The position numbers and the translations under genes are program-made. From NCBI RefSeq assembly GCF_001194135.2, contig NC_068984.1, forward strand, positions 22,930,902 to 22,970,964: DNA of 40,063 bases, given 5' to 3'. Under the pieces are notes generated by a model that saw only the letters and a program-made list of their open reading frames with translations, did not search any database and was not told where the DNA came from. Position 1 is the stretch's first letter; every line of letters starts with the position of its first letter. Positions 12,427 to 23,115 of this stretch are shown one piece after another. This DNA comes from Octopus bimaculoides. Taxonomy: Eukaryota.

Positions 12427-13444
12427 GTCCAGCAATGTACTCCCCCTTCTCTACATTGTGTATACCCCCTTAACAATGTTTTATCAACAAATTCTTCCAA
12501 CAATCATCTTTTTTACACGAGTTGAGAAATGCAATAGAAAAATTATAATTAATTTGTTTACAAGAAATCTATAATATTGCCAACATTATCACTGATTGCA
12601 TCTACTATGCGGGAAAGTTTTAAATGTTGCACCTCAGATCATTTGGCAAATCTTACGACTATCTGTCTTCACCGTCCTACTCCAACACTGTCCTCCATAT
12701 TCTTCTGTTTTGTGAATTGCATTTCCCGCTCTATTATTGAGATTTCAATTTTTAGCCGAATGAAGCATTTTTGCTTAATTTGTTCAGATTATGTGCGGCG
12801 TTCTCAGGTTTAAGCTCTCTAGACGATCTCCTGGCTAGTATAATATGTCCACCCGGCCGCGGTTAAACTGCACATACTACAAATACTATACCTCAATACT
12901 ACGAATAATCGTTCATAAATACCATATTTGTAGACTTCATTGTTTAGATCCAGAAACTGTTTGAGCTTTAAACTTCTACAAAATTCAAGGTGACCTTTCT
13001 TCTGAGTACGCATATTCTACACGGTACCCAGAGCTATTCGAATATTCTGAAACAAATACGGAGCACAGAAACATTCTAAATATATCGCTAATTTCACACA
13101 CTATTCACCTTGTTCATTAGTAATTCTAAACCACAACCGACAAGACACATAATAAGCAACGGGAATCACTACAAATCATAGGTTTCTTGGAACTAAAAAT
13201 AACTCCATTTTAACTGCTAATGGAAGCGGAAGTCATAATTTCAGAAATTTCTTTCACTACGAGAACACTATCCTTATTGATCGACTTTAGCGACATCTAC
13301 TTTTGCTTAGCTCTATCATCTTGGAGAGGCTGGAAATCACTCAACCTGCTGAACACAACTGGGACTTTGAACAAACCTTACGATATATATGTATATATAG
13401 ATACGTTGTGTATATACGCGCGTGTGTGCAAACATGTATGCATC

Positions 13445-13480
<36 letters not shown>

Positions 13481-14104
13481 ATAACTGCAAACATTGCAAA
13501 TTGTTGTTTATATTAATTATATATATATATATATATATNNNNNNNNNNNNNNNNNNNNNNNNNNNNNNNNNNNNNNNNNNNNNNNNNNNNNNNNNNNNNN
13601 NNNNNNNNNNNNNNNNNNNNNNNNNNNNNNNNNNNNNNNNNNNNNNNNNNNNNNNNNNNNNNNNNNNNNNNNNNNNNNNNNNNNNNNNNNNNNNNNNNNN
13701 NNNNNNNNNNNNNNNNNNNNNNNNNNNNNNNNNNNNNNNNNNNNNNNNNNNNNNNNNNNNNNNNNNNNNNNNNNNNNNNNNNNNNNNNNNNNNNNNNNNN
13801 NNNNNNNNNNNNNNNNNNNNNNNNNNNNNNNNNNNNNNNNNNNNNNNNNNNNNNNNNNNNNNNNNNNNNNNNNNNNNNNNNNNNNNNNNNNNNNNNNNNN
13901 NNNNNNNNNNNNNNNNNNNNNNNNNNNNNNNNNNNNNNNNNNNNNNNNNNNNNNNNNNNNNNNNNNNNNNNNNNNNNNNNNNNNNNNNNNNNNNNNNNNN
14001 NNNNNNNNNNNNNNNNNNNNATATATATATATATATATATATACAGCTGCATATGCGTGGCTGTGTGATAAGAAGTTTTCTTCCCAACCACATGGTTCCG
14101 CGTT

Positions 14105-14480
14105 CAGAAAAAGCACAGAAAGAGTGTTCGGGAGAGACAGGTTTAACGATTAAAAAGAAGGAAAAAATTCATGACGTTTCGGATGCTACCCCTTCATCAG
14201 AAAAGGGTAGAAGAATGAGAAAAGATGGTGGGGAAACAAAAACCCAATTAAGATCCATGTGGGAATGTGGTTCTGTTGGGGGTGCTAAGGTGAGAGGAGC
14301 AGGTGGGTGGAGTGTAAAGATGGGTATAGTGTGTGCGTGTGTGTATCTGCATGTGTGTGTGTAGTGGTATGAGGTGCGTGCGGTTTCCTGGAGAGCGTGT
14401 AGGTGTTGGCAAGTGTAGGAGTGTAGTGTCGTGGGATAGTGTGGGAAAATGGTGTGTAGGTGCAATTGTAGCGTGCATGT
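14105..14480 (-). mobile_element. Penelope-like element 3' terminal remnant (CA-rich UTR followed by a minimal hammerhead)
   Basis: On the minus strand a long C/A-rich tract leads into CTGATGAAGGGGTAGCATCCGAAACGTC, the arrangement known for PLE pseudo-LTRs. Confidence 0.55.
14173..14200 (-). ncRNA. Minimal PLE-type hammerhead ribozyme motif
   Basis: CTGATGA-A-GGG-GTAGCA-TCC-GAA-ACGT-C: intact core, extra A after A9, 3-bp stem II, 4-nt palindromic stem III; stem I is degenerate. Confidence 0.7.
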
Positions 14481-14639
14481 ATGTGTATATGCATGTATAT
14501 GTATGTTGTATATTCCTCCCAAAAGGAAGTTTATTCTGAATATAATACTCGCTCTTTGTGGGTACTTATGGAGAGTGATAAAAAAATGTATTTAGTTCTT
14601 ATCGAACAGTTATATGTCTTCCCATATCAAAGCAGAATT

Positions 14640-14646
14640 ATGTATG

Positions 14647-14743
<97 letters not shown>

Positions 14744-14810
14744 TGTGTTTGTGTGTGTGCACGTGTGTGTGCGCGTGTGTGTGACAGTGAGAAAGAGAGA
14801 GAGAGAGAGA

Positions 14811-14865
<55 letters not shown>
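14640..14865. repeat. Compound (TA)n(GA)n(TG)n(GA)n microsatellite block
   Basis: Seen directly. Confidence 0.95.
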
Positions 14866-14867
<2 letters not shown>

Positions 14868-15126
14868 GGAAGAGAAAGATACACATACAGTGACCATTTT
14901 TGCACTTTCCAGCCATCAAAATTCACATTCTCTATCCCCAACTTCCGGTCAGTTATTTTTCGGCCATGTAATGATGCATGCGTTTTTCACTGGACTTTCT
15001 CCTCCTTTCTCCTCTTCCCCCTTTCTAGACATTTTCCTATTTCTTTCATAGAACCCTGCTTGAAACATCATTTCCACTCCTATTTTTCCACCTTAAACTT
15101 ACTGAGCGTCAGTCTAATGCATTTTG

Positions 15127-15285
15127 TTAACAATTTTGCCAAGTAGTTCAGTATGAAAAAAACCTTTATCGGTAAAACTATTTATCATTATAAATATACA
15201 GGGATTAGCAATTGAGTTGCTTCTCCAACATACTGAAAATTTAGAAATAGCAGTCAAAGACTGAACTACTTGGCAAAATTGTTAA
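15127..15285. repeat. Perfect 26-bp inverted repeat with 107-bp spacer (MITE-like)
   Basis: TTAACAATTTTGCCAAGTAGTTCAGT (15127-15152) is the exact reverse complement of 15260-15285. Confidence 0.85.
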
Positions 15286-16407
15286 TTATTAATTCTATTA
15301 TTAATTGACGATTCTCTGCCCTTATTCTTGTATATTTTATATTTGATATCTCTAAGTTAGATGGCTAAACCGTAATCCCTTCCACACGGGACTTTTTTTC
15401 ATACGGGACTATTTGTGACGCACATGGAATAGATTTCTTTGAGGTGAGGTGCCTGANNNNNNNNNNNNNNNNNNNNNNNNNNNNNNNNNNNNNNNNNNNN
15501 NNNNNNNNNNNNNNNNNNNNNNNNNNNNNNNNNNNNNNNNNNNNNNNNNNNNNNNNNNNNNNNNNNNNNNNNNNNNNNNNNNNNNNNNNNNNNNNNNNNN
15601 NNNNNNNNNNNNNNNNNNNNNNNNNNNNNNNNNNNNNNNNNNNNNNNNNNNNNNNNNNNNNNNNNNNNNNNNNNNNNNNNNNNNNNNNNNNNNNNNNNNN
15701 NNNNNNNNNNNNNNNNNNNNNNNNNNNNNNNNNNNNNNNNNNNNNNNNNNNNNNNNNNNNNNNNNNNNNNNNNNNNNNNNNNNNNNNNNNNNNNNNNNNN
15801 NNNNNNNNNNNNNNNNNNNNNNNNNNNNNNNNNNNNNNNNNNNNNNNNNNNNNNNNNNNNNNNNNNNNNNNNNNNNNNNNNNNNNNNNNNNNNNNNNNNN
15901 NNNNNNNNNNNNNNNNNNNNNNNNNNNNNNNNNNNNNNNNNNNNNNNNNNNNNNNNNNNNNNNNNNNNNNNNNNNNNNNNNNNNNNNNNNNNNNNNNNNN
16001 NNNNNNNNNNNNNNNNNNNNNNNNNNNNNNNNNNNNNNNNNNNNNNNNNNNNNNNNNNNNNNNNNNNNNNNNNNNNNNNNNNNNNNNNNNNNNNNNNNNN
16101 NNNNNNNNNNNNNNNNNNNNNNNNNNNNNNNNNNNNNNNNNNNNNNNNNNNNNNNNNNNNNNNNNNNNNNNNNNNNNNNNNNNNNNNNNNNNNNNNNNNN
16201 NNNNNNNNNNNNNNNNNNNNNNNNNNNNNNNNNNNNNNNNNNNNNNNNNNNNNNNNNNNNNNNNNNNNNNNNNNNNNNNNNNNNNNNNNNNNNNNNNNNN
16301 NNNNNNNNNNNNNNNNNNNNNNNNNNNNNNNNNNNNNNNNNNNNNNNNNNNNNNNNNNNNNNNNNNNATGTATGTATGTGTGTGTGTATGTATACATAGA
16401 CGTGTAT

Positions 16408-16794
16408 GTGAAATTGCGAGGCCTAGTGGTTAGATTATTGAACTCGTGATTGCAAGATCATAATTTCGATTCCCAGACCGGGCGCTGTGAATGTTTATTG
16501 AGCGAAAACACCTAAAGCTCCACGGGGCTCCGGCAGGGGATGGTGACGAACCCTGCTATACTTTTTCACCACAACTTTCTCTCACTCTTACTTCCTGTTT
16601 CTGTTGTGCCTGTAATTCAAAGGGTCAGCCTTGTCACACTGTGTCACGCCGAATACCCCCGAGAACTACGTTAAGGGTACACGTGTCTGTGGAGTGCTCA
16701 GCCACTTGCACGTTAATTTCATGAGCAGGCTGTTCTGTTGATCGGAATCAGCTGGAACCCTCGACGTCGTAAGCGACGGAGTGCCAACAACAAC
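16408..16794 (+). mobile_element. Full-length tRNA-headed SINE with (AAC)n tail
   Basis: Head GAGGCCTAGTGGTTAG...TTTCGATTCCCAGACCGG; the body recurs partially at about 21690-21790; tail CCAACAACAAC. Confidence 0.8.
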
Positions 16795-17039
16795 ATGTAT
16801 GTATGTGTGTGTGTATGTATACATAGACGTGTATGTGAAATTGCGAGGCCTAGTGGTTAGATTATTGAACTCGTGATTGCAAGATCATAATTTCGATTCC
16901 CAGACCGGCGGTGCATTATGCTCTTGAGCAAAGTACTTCATTTTTATCCATTTTCTTCGTCCCTATAATGTGAAGGGATGCAGGGACAGAATCTTCAGGC
17001 ACCATCTACATAAGGTCCTAGCAGAAGTAAATGAATGAC

Positions 17040-17238
17040 AGTCTCTCTCTTTCTCTTTCTCTTTACGTCTCTTTCTCACTACATCTCTCTCTCAACTTCT
17101 CTCTCTCTTTCTTCTCTCTTTCTTCTCTCTTTCTTCTCTCTCTCTTTCTTCTCTCTCTCTCTTTCTTCTCTCTTTCTTCTCTCTCTCTTTCTTCTCTCTC
17201 TCTCTTTCTTCTCTCTTTCTTCTCTCTCTCTCTCTTTC
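17040..17238. repeat. CT-rich degenerate satellite (CTCTCTTTCTT-like)
   Basis: Seen directly; runs into a gap. Confidence 0.9.
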
Positions 17239-17981
17239 NNNNNNNNNNNNNNNNNNNNNNNNNNNNNNNNNNNNNNNNNNNNNNNNNNNNNNNNNNNNNN
17301 NNNNNNNNNNNNNNNNNNNNNNNNNNNNNNNNNNNNNNNNNNNNNNNNNNNNNNNNNNNNNNNNNNNNNNNNNNNNNNNNNNNNNNNNNNNNNNNNNNNN
17401 NNNNNNNNNNNNNNNNNNNNNNNNNNNNNNNNNNNNNNNNNNNNNNNNNNNNNNNNNNNNNNNNNNNNNNNNNNNNNNNNNNNNNNNNNNNNNNNNNNNN
17501 NNNNNNNNNNNNNNNNNNNNNNNNNNNNNNNNNNNNNNNNNNNNNNNNNNNNNNNNNNNNNNNNNNNNNNNNNNNNNNNNNNNNNNNNNNNNNNNNNNNN
17601 NNNNNNNNNNNNNNNNNNNNNNNNNNNNNNNNNNNNNNNNNNNNNNNNNNNNNNNNNNNNNNNNNNNNNNNNNNNNNNNNNNNNNNNNNNNNNNNNNNNN
17701 NNNNNNNNNNNNNNNNNNNNNNNNNNNNNNNNNNNNNNNNNNNNNNNNNNNNNNNNNNNNNNNNNNNNNNNNNNNNNNNNNNNNNNNNNNNNNNNNNNNN
17801 NNNNNNNNNNNNNNNNNNNNNNNNNNNNNNNNNNNNNNNNNNNNNNNNNNNNNNNNNNNNNNNNNNNNNNNNNNNNNNNNNNNNNNNNNNNNNNNNNNNN
17901 NNNNNNNNNNNNNNNNNNNNNNNNNNNNNNNNNNNNNNNNNNNNNNNNNNNNNNNNNNNNNNNNNNNNNNNNNNNNNNNNN

Positions 17982-18358
17982 ATACATTTCTAAATCTCTC
18001 AGAGAGATTTATGCAGTACTGATGCGATAAAGTAGTTGTATGCTGTCAACTTAATGTGACAGTCCCATGAAGGGAATAATACTACTGCTATTTAGCCCTA
18101 GGAAGCAGCACCGCTTCCTGTCGGCCTTGACACATTTCCTGTGTCCTTATGTTTACAAGTGGGAGACAAGCACCTCCAATTAGCTAAGCCTGCATCCAGA
18201 GACATGTTTCTGAGTCTTTGCTCGTCATCAGTCTGGAGTAGCAATGGCCTGCTAGTTGGAGATGCCTGTCAAGCTCTCGTAAACCTATAATAATTCTAGT
18301 GAAACACATTCACTGATTTCAGAAATATCAGTGAATGTGTTTCACTAGAATTATTATA
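17982..18358 (-). mobile_element. Hammerhead-containing retrozyme-like element (copy 2) with 5' fold-back
   Basis: Shares AAGGACACAG..GTGTC, GGGCTAA, GGGACTGYCA and the terminal ATCTC..GAGATTTAGAAAT blocks with the 0.8 kb and 32.3 kb copies. A perfect 32-bp inverted repeat (18286-18317 / 18327-18358) sits at its 5' end. Confidence 0.75.
18195..18237 (-). ncRNA. Type I hammerhead ribozyme motif (copy 2)
   Basis: TCCAGA-CTGATGA-CGAG-CAAAGA-CTCA-GAA-ACATGT-C-TCTGGA: perfect 6-bp stem I, intact core, palindromic stem III, GUC cleavage triplet 18203-18201. The stem II closing pair is a C/A mismatch. Confidence 0.88.
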
Positions 18359-18670
18359 TGTTGGGCCATTTCTTACCCACCACAAGGGAAGCAGAGAAGG
18401 GATATAGTCGATTATACAGACCAACAATGATTGCTTTGTATTCCACTGGACTTCAAGAAGAATGAAATGAAAGCAGGGTAAAGTAAATCCCTTAATGGTA
18501 TCTAATCTGTCGCTAAATATTCTACCATTGCTTCATTTCAAATGTTTTGTTGTTTTTAATACAGCGTAATGTTGTAAGTAGAGCTGCAACGGAATTTCAT
18601 TGCATCGTTTAAAAAAAAACTTGAAATGAGAGATAAGTGGGTGGTGTTACAATAAAAAGGAGAAAAAATT

Positions 18671-19608
18671 CTATTTCGAAAGCTGCTTCTTAGAGTTTTG
18701 AGCTGCGGACTTCGATTTAGTAGCTTTAGTGTTTTTTTTTATTATTCTTTTTTCACTTTCGGTGATTTTGGTTCGACTTGTGGGAGTGGTTTCTTCTGAA
18801 TATTTTTGGGGTTTTTAACCGATTTCTCTGGAACTTTGTCATGACTCTTAGCTTTCGAGTTCTTTGAACTAGATTTCTTTGTAGAATCTTTTGAAACAGA
18901 TTTTAGTGTATACAAAAGACTGGCTCGTTTCAGGTTTTTTGGTAAGAGAGATTTTCTTTTAGATGAAATAACTCTTTTGGTTTTCGTTTGATGTGGAGTA
19001 TTTGCTTTACCAATTTCTCTTGATTTCGTTTTAGCAGTAGATTTGCTGGTTCCTAGGGATTTAGTAAATGTCAAGTTCATATCATCTAAAGTAGACTGCC
19101 CACTTTTGGTAAGTACTTGTTTCATGTGGGTCTTTTTATTAGCCTTCACATTGCTGTTACCGTTACTTTTAGATTTGGATTTCTGTGAAGACTTCAGTTT
19201 AAAGTAACCTGTTCCTATCGTGCCAGTCACTAAAATAGCCACACAGTCCTCAACCATATTCGCCAACGCTTTTATCACTTGCGTGTTGACGAACTTCGAA
19301 TTTGAACTCACTTCAAAAGTCGAATGGATATAATTTAATATCGCTCACAATGAAACACCATTCCGCGAAATTCTACTATTGGTTACCGTCATAACCATTG
19401 AACGTTATTTCGGGTGTTTGGCACCAGGTTTCGGTTCTTTACAGGTCGGACTTTTCGTTGGCGTTGTGTTTCTAGATACAGAAGCTGGTGGATGGCGCCG
19501 TGAGCGTTTTTCTCCAGCTGGTTTTATCAAATTGTTAGTGTTAACAGCTTGAACTGAAGCTTTTGCAGAAGTTCCTTCGCCGGTGTAGCATTCATTTCCA
19601 GTATCCAT
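18671..19608 (-). pseudogene. Linker histone H1-like gene with two in-frame stops and a probable 1-nt frameshift
   Basis: One frame from ATG 19608: N-tail, then HPK*RSMVMTVTNSRISRNGVSL*AILNYIHSTFEVSSNSKFVNTQVIKALANMVEDCVAILVTGTIGTGYFKLK, matching the H1/H5 globular domain (HPKY..M...R.G.S..AI..YI...IK.AL..V...G.G..G.FKL), then a K/S-rich tail. Stops at 19407-19405 and 19347-19345; the tail continues in a shifted frame to TAG 18673-18671. Confidence 0.8.
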
Positions 19609-19624
19609 GATTAGTTTACAACTC

Positions 19625-19665
19625 CTAAATAGAAGAAAGCTTGACCAAGAGAGAAAAAAACACGG
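19625..19665 (-). promoter_or_regulatory. Candidate 3' splice acceptor 16 nt upstream of the H1-like ATG
   Basis: Minus strand TTTTTTTCTCTCTTGGTCAAGCTTTCTTCTATTTAG|GAGTTGTAAACTAATCATG. Confidence 0.5.
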
Positions 19666-19849
19666 CAACAAAGTTAGTCTTTAAAATATCGTGCACATCA
19701 GGCTTCCACTTACAAAAGATCCAAAATTTGAGTCTGTTTGATAAATGCCTCAAGTTGTACTTCATGGATGACGAATAAATTGTTCGAAGAAAAGAAAGAA
19801 ACCGACACTGGAAATTCAGAAACAGCAAGGTATAAACGGCGTCAACACT

Positions 19850-20390
19850 AGCTGAACGTGGATCCCTTGACCAAGTTTGCATACATGTGGCTGATAACAT
19901 CATAAGACTTGAAAGGCAGCTCCTTGATCAGCATTCCTTATCTGATAACCTAAAATACATGCTCTAAGAAGTCGCACGACTCTACCACAACATATCATCA
20001 GATGAAAGGGTAAGCTTATATGAGCAGAAGACCATGCATGGATACGTTAATAAAAAGTTCCGAGATGATAGTTCCATTGATCATGAAAGCGGTCTATCAT
20101 GGACCAACAACCGGATTACAACTTCCCACTTTGAAGGATATGCTATTGCAATCCAAGAACAGGAAATATCAACCAAATACCTGATGCACAAAAGAGACAT
20201 AGATGCAGTAAAATTAGACAACCTATGCAGAATTTGTGGAGTTAACACCGAAGATATCACCCGCATCATAAACAGTTGTCCGAAATTGTTATCACGGTAT
20301 TATCTACCGATGAAACATGATGCTGTGGCTTGGACATTGTATATTGAGATCCGTCGAAAGGATAACCCCGAGCGCGCACACACGCACACA
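19850..20390 (+). mobile_element. R4/Dong-type (RLE) non-LTR retrotransposon C-terminal remnant
   Basis: NIIRLERQLL...EQKTMHGYVNKKF...FEGYAIAIQEQEISTKYL...CRICGVNTEDITRIINSC (CCHC knuckle with H to R) ...RYYLPMKHDAVA, motifs typical of R4/Dong-like elements upstream of the endonuclease. Confidence 0.78.
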
Positions 20391-20399
20391 CTCACAAAT

Positions 20400-20700
20400 T
20401 TATCTGTAATATCTCTTTTCGATTGCTATGAGGTCAAAACTACATATTTACCGAACCAAATAACAAGAGTAAAGGAACATATAAAAGAAAGCAACATGGC
20501 GTGCTACACGAATGTTAAACAATCAGAAATCTGATAAGAACAAGGAGAGAATATGAAAATAATTGCAACTCAAGTTTTATTACAAGTAAGACAAAAGAAA
20601 TACTTGAGAATGAATAGAATTAACCCTTAGGAGACGATAGGGCCGATCCATCGGCCGAAAAGTCTAATAACGAAGAAGATTGTATTAGTTCATTCAATTT
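20400..20700 (+). mobile_element. Possible PLE GIY-YIG 3' remnant
   Basis: TRVKEHIKESNMAC resembles the GIY-YIG RxxEH motif and is followed by a decayed hammerhead-like hairpin at 20622-20665. Confidence 0.3.
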
Positions 20701-23115
20701 CCTACAAGAATATATATAAGTTTTATATATGTAATGTAATTACTTTATCCTTTATAATTGTTTTTGAAAAATAAATGCATGCCCTCTGTCGAGCTTGTGA
20801 AAAGGGTTCCGTCTTCTTGGCACTGAAACTCCGAATGAGGCTCCGTCTCCAAAGGATTAAAAGAAAGACCTGATAATTTTGCCTTATTTTCTGGAGTTGT
20901 CAGACAATGATATATCGGTAAAGGTGGCAAAATATTTCTAATATACGAAACAGAATGAGATGTATGTCGATGAGACCTAAAAATAATCTATTCAAATATT
21001 CACAAAAACCTAGATGAAAACTCAGAAAAGGAATGAGTAAGACAAAAGAAATGGTGTACTACACAAATAACGAAACAAGAAATTAACAGATAAACTATTT
21101 ATTTCATATCATCAAAACATTTTGAAGTTGAAACCGTAATTGGATTCCGAAGCCTCTGATATGACCGAAAAGCATAGCAGTGGAGTGGATGCATTCGGTC
21201 TTTTAATAATAATTTCAAATGAAAGCAATCAAATTTTTAATCACAGCTTTATAATATTGATATTGGTTTTAGAAATTAAAATCAATAACATGTACGGAAT
21301 TGAATATTCCTGCGGATTTCAATTAATATTCTTATTTAGAAAATAAAAGCATGACAAATATAAATAAAACGAAAACTAAATATTTCTGATTAGATAGTAA
21401 AATCTAGTAAGGTAAGCTGGAATGGTAAATTGTACAAGTCTTAACACTTTTATGTTGTTCAATCCCTGAGATTCTGAGTAAACACAGCTAGTCGTTGTAC
21501 TATTAAGTTAGATATGGCCTCGTCAAATATAGGCCGCAGATCATTTAAGTATATTTGTGTGTGTATGTATGTGTGTGTATGTATGTGTGTTATGTATGTG
21601 TGTGTGTGTGAAAGTGTGTGCGCGCCTACACATACATATCCGTGTACATAGATGCACACGCACACGCACGCACATACTCGCTCGCACATTGAACCTCCCT
21701 GAGAACTACGTTATGGGTACACGTGTCAGTGGAGTGCTCAGCCACTTGCACGTTAATTTCACGCGTAGGCTGTTCCGTTGATCGGATCGGATCTAGTCTT
21801 TTTCATTCGCAAAATGAGCCCCCTTTGATTCTGCTTAGATTGCTTTCAATTTTGGTGTATCGACGCGACTCTGAATTTTTGATTGCGATCAACCAATTAC
21901 TTTATCTCGTAAATTAAAGAATCTGATGTTATTTGGAATTAAAGTTGGGAAATCTGGCTAATTTTAGCATTAACAGCTTGTGTGTTTGTGTGCACGCGCG
22001 CGTGTGTGTTTGTGTGCACGCGCGCGCGTGTGTGTGTGTGTGTGTGTGCACGCGCGCGTGTGTGTGTGCGTGTATAATTTAACGCAAAATTGGAGAAAGC
22101 AGGTGTCGACTTGTATGTTAAAATCTTGGTAAGCAAGAGAGAACGTATAGTAAGTAAACTTATATTAACATCTTAAAAGTTCGTATTGTCGGGAAAATCG
22201 ACCGTTAATGAATTCTCTGAAGTATATTTTTCTAATTCACCAAACTCAGATATACGCCACATTATCGCTTTTACGAAAGGCATATAAAAGAAGTGTAATT
22301 AGAGGAACCTTAAACTGATCAATAAGCGTCCAAAACAGTTTGTAAATCAAAGGCATAGCTCCTGACAAAACCTGGAAATAGTCCAGTTAAGTTTTGAATC
22401 CAGCGACTGCTTTTAATGATTCAACGAGAAACGCAAGTTCACACGCTTAAATGTTATGACAATGGAATCACTTCGCACTTGTCGCTTATCACACGGAAAA
22501 AGCTTTACGTTTTGCAACATTGTTTTCCATGTATATATATATGTGTATATATATATATATAAGAACATGTACATGTAACATTGTTCTTCGTATGAGAATG
22601 AATAAATCACACACGTTTTCAATTTATTTCATTTATTCATTTTCTCTTTCAATTACCAAAACTCATTTTATTGCTTTTCTATACTTCCAGTCAGTTTCAT
22701 AAGATATTGTCAACAGCTAGCAATAATAATTTTTCTCCTGCTTCGCTAGTAATTTCATTTACAATATTCATTACTTTTGAAGCAACTTATAAACACGTTA
22801 GCAAATTTAAAATTTTCGTAGTAATGCATTTTTAAGATTTAGGAATAAGACTAAAGTTTCAAGAATTGTCCTTTAGAATTGGAGTTAGGAAGTATAGTCA
22901 GACTAAAGATTTCGTGTTTACAGATGGACCTGTAGCCAAAAGATACATTTAAAAGTTAAATAAATATAAAGTTTAATACTAGTGATTCACGTTAGAGTTA
23001 GAGAGAAAGCGAAGATTATGTCTAAGCCTAACATTCAGCATTTGAATTAAGTTGAGGGTTTAAGTCAACTTTTTAAAGGCTGTTTTTAGAGTTATATTTT
23101 CGTGTTAAGCCGTTA

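Noticed and set aside
12560-13100. Possible further Tc1-like remnants
   Set aside because: Only weak fragmentary resemblance; no catalytic motif or TIR pair could be confirmed by eye.
7693-15146. ORFs rich in YI, CV, HT, ER or SL dipeptides
   Set aside because: These are translations of (TA)n, (TG)n, (CA)n and (GA)n microsatellites.
18480-18670. Replication-dependent histone 3' stem-loop after the H1-like ORF
   Set aside because: No GGCYCTTTTCAGRGCC-like hairpin is present; there is only a possible ATTAAA signal.
19345-19407. Rescue of the H1-like stops by A-to-I editing (UAA/UGA to UGG)
   Set aside because: It would place Trp at positions that are Tyr and Gln/Arg/Ala in H1 proteins, needs three editing events, and no local dsRNA partner was seen. 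Simple mutation is more parsimonious.
20622-20665. Fifth hammerhead (CTTAGGA...GGCCGA-TCCA-TCGGCC-GAAAAGTC)
   Set aside because: It has a strong hairpin and GAAA, but the core, spacing and stems I and III are too degenerate to call.
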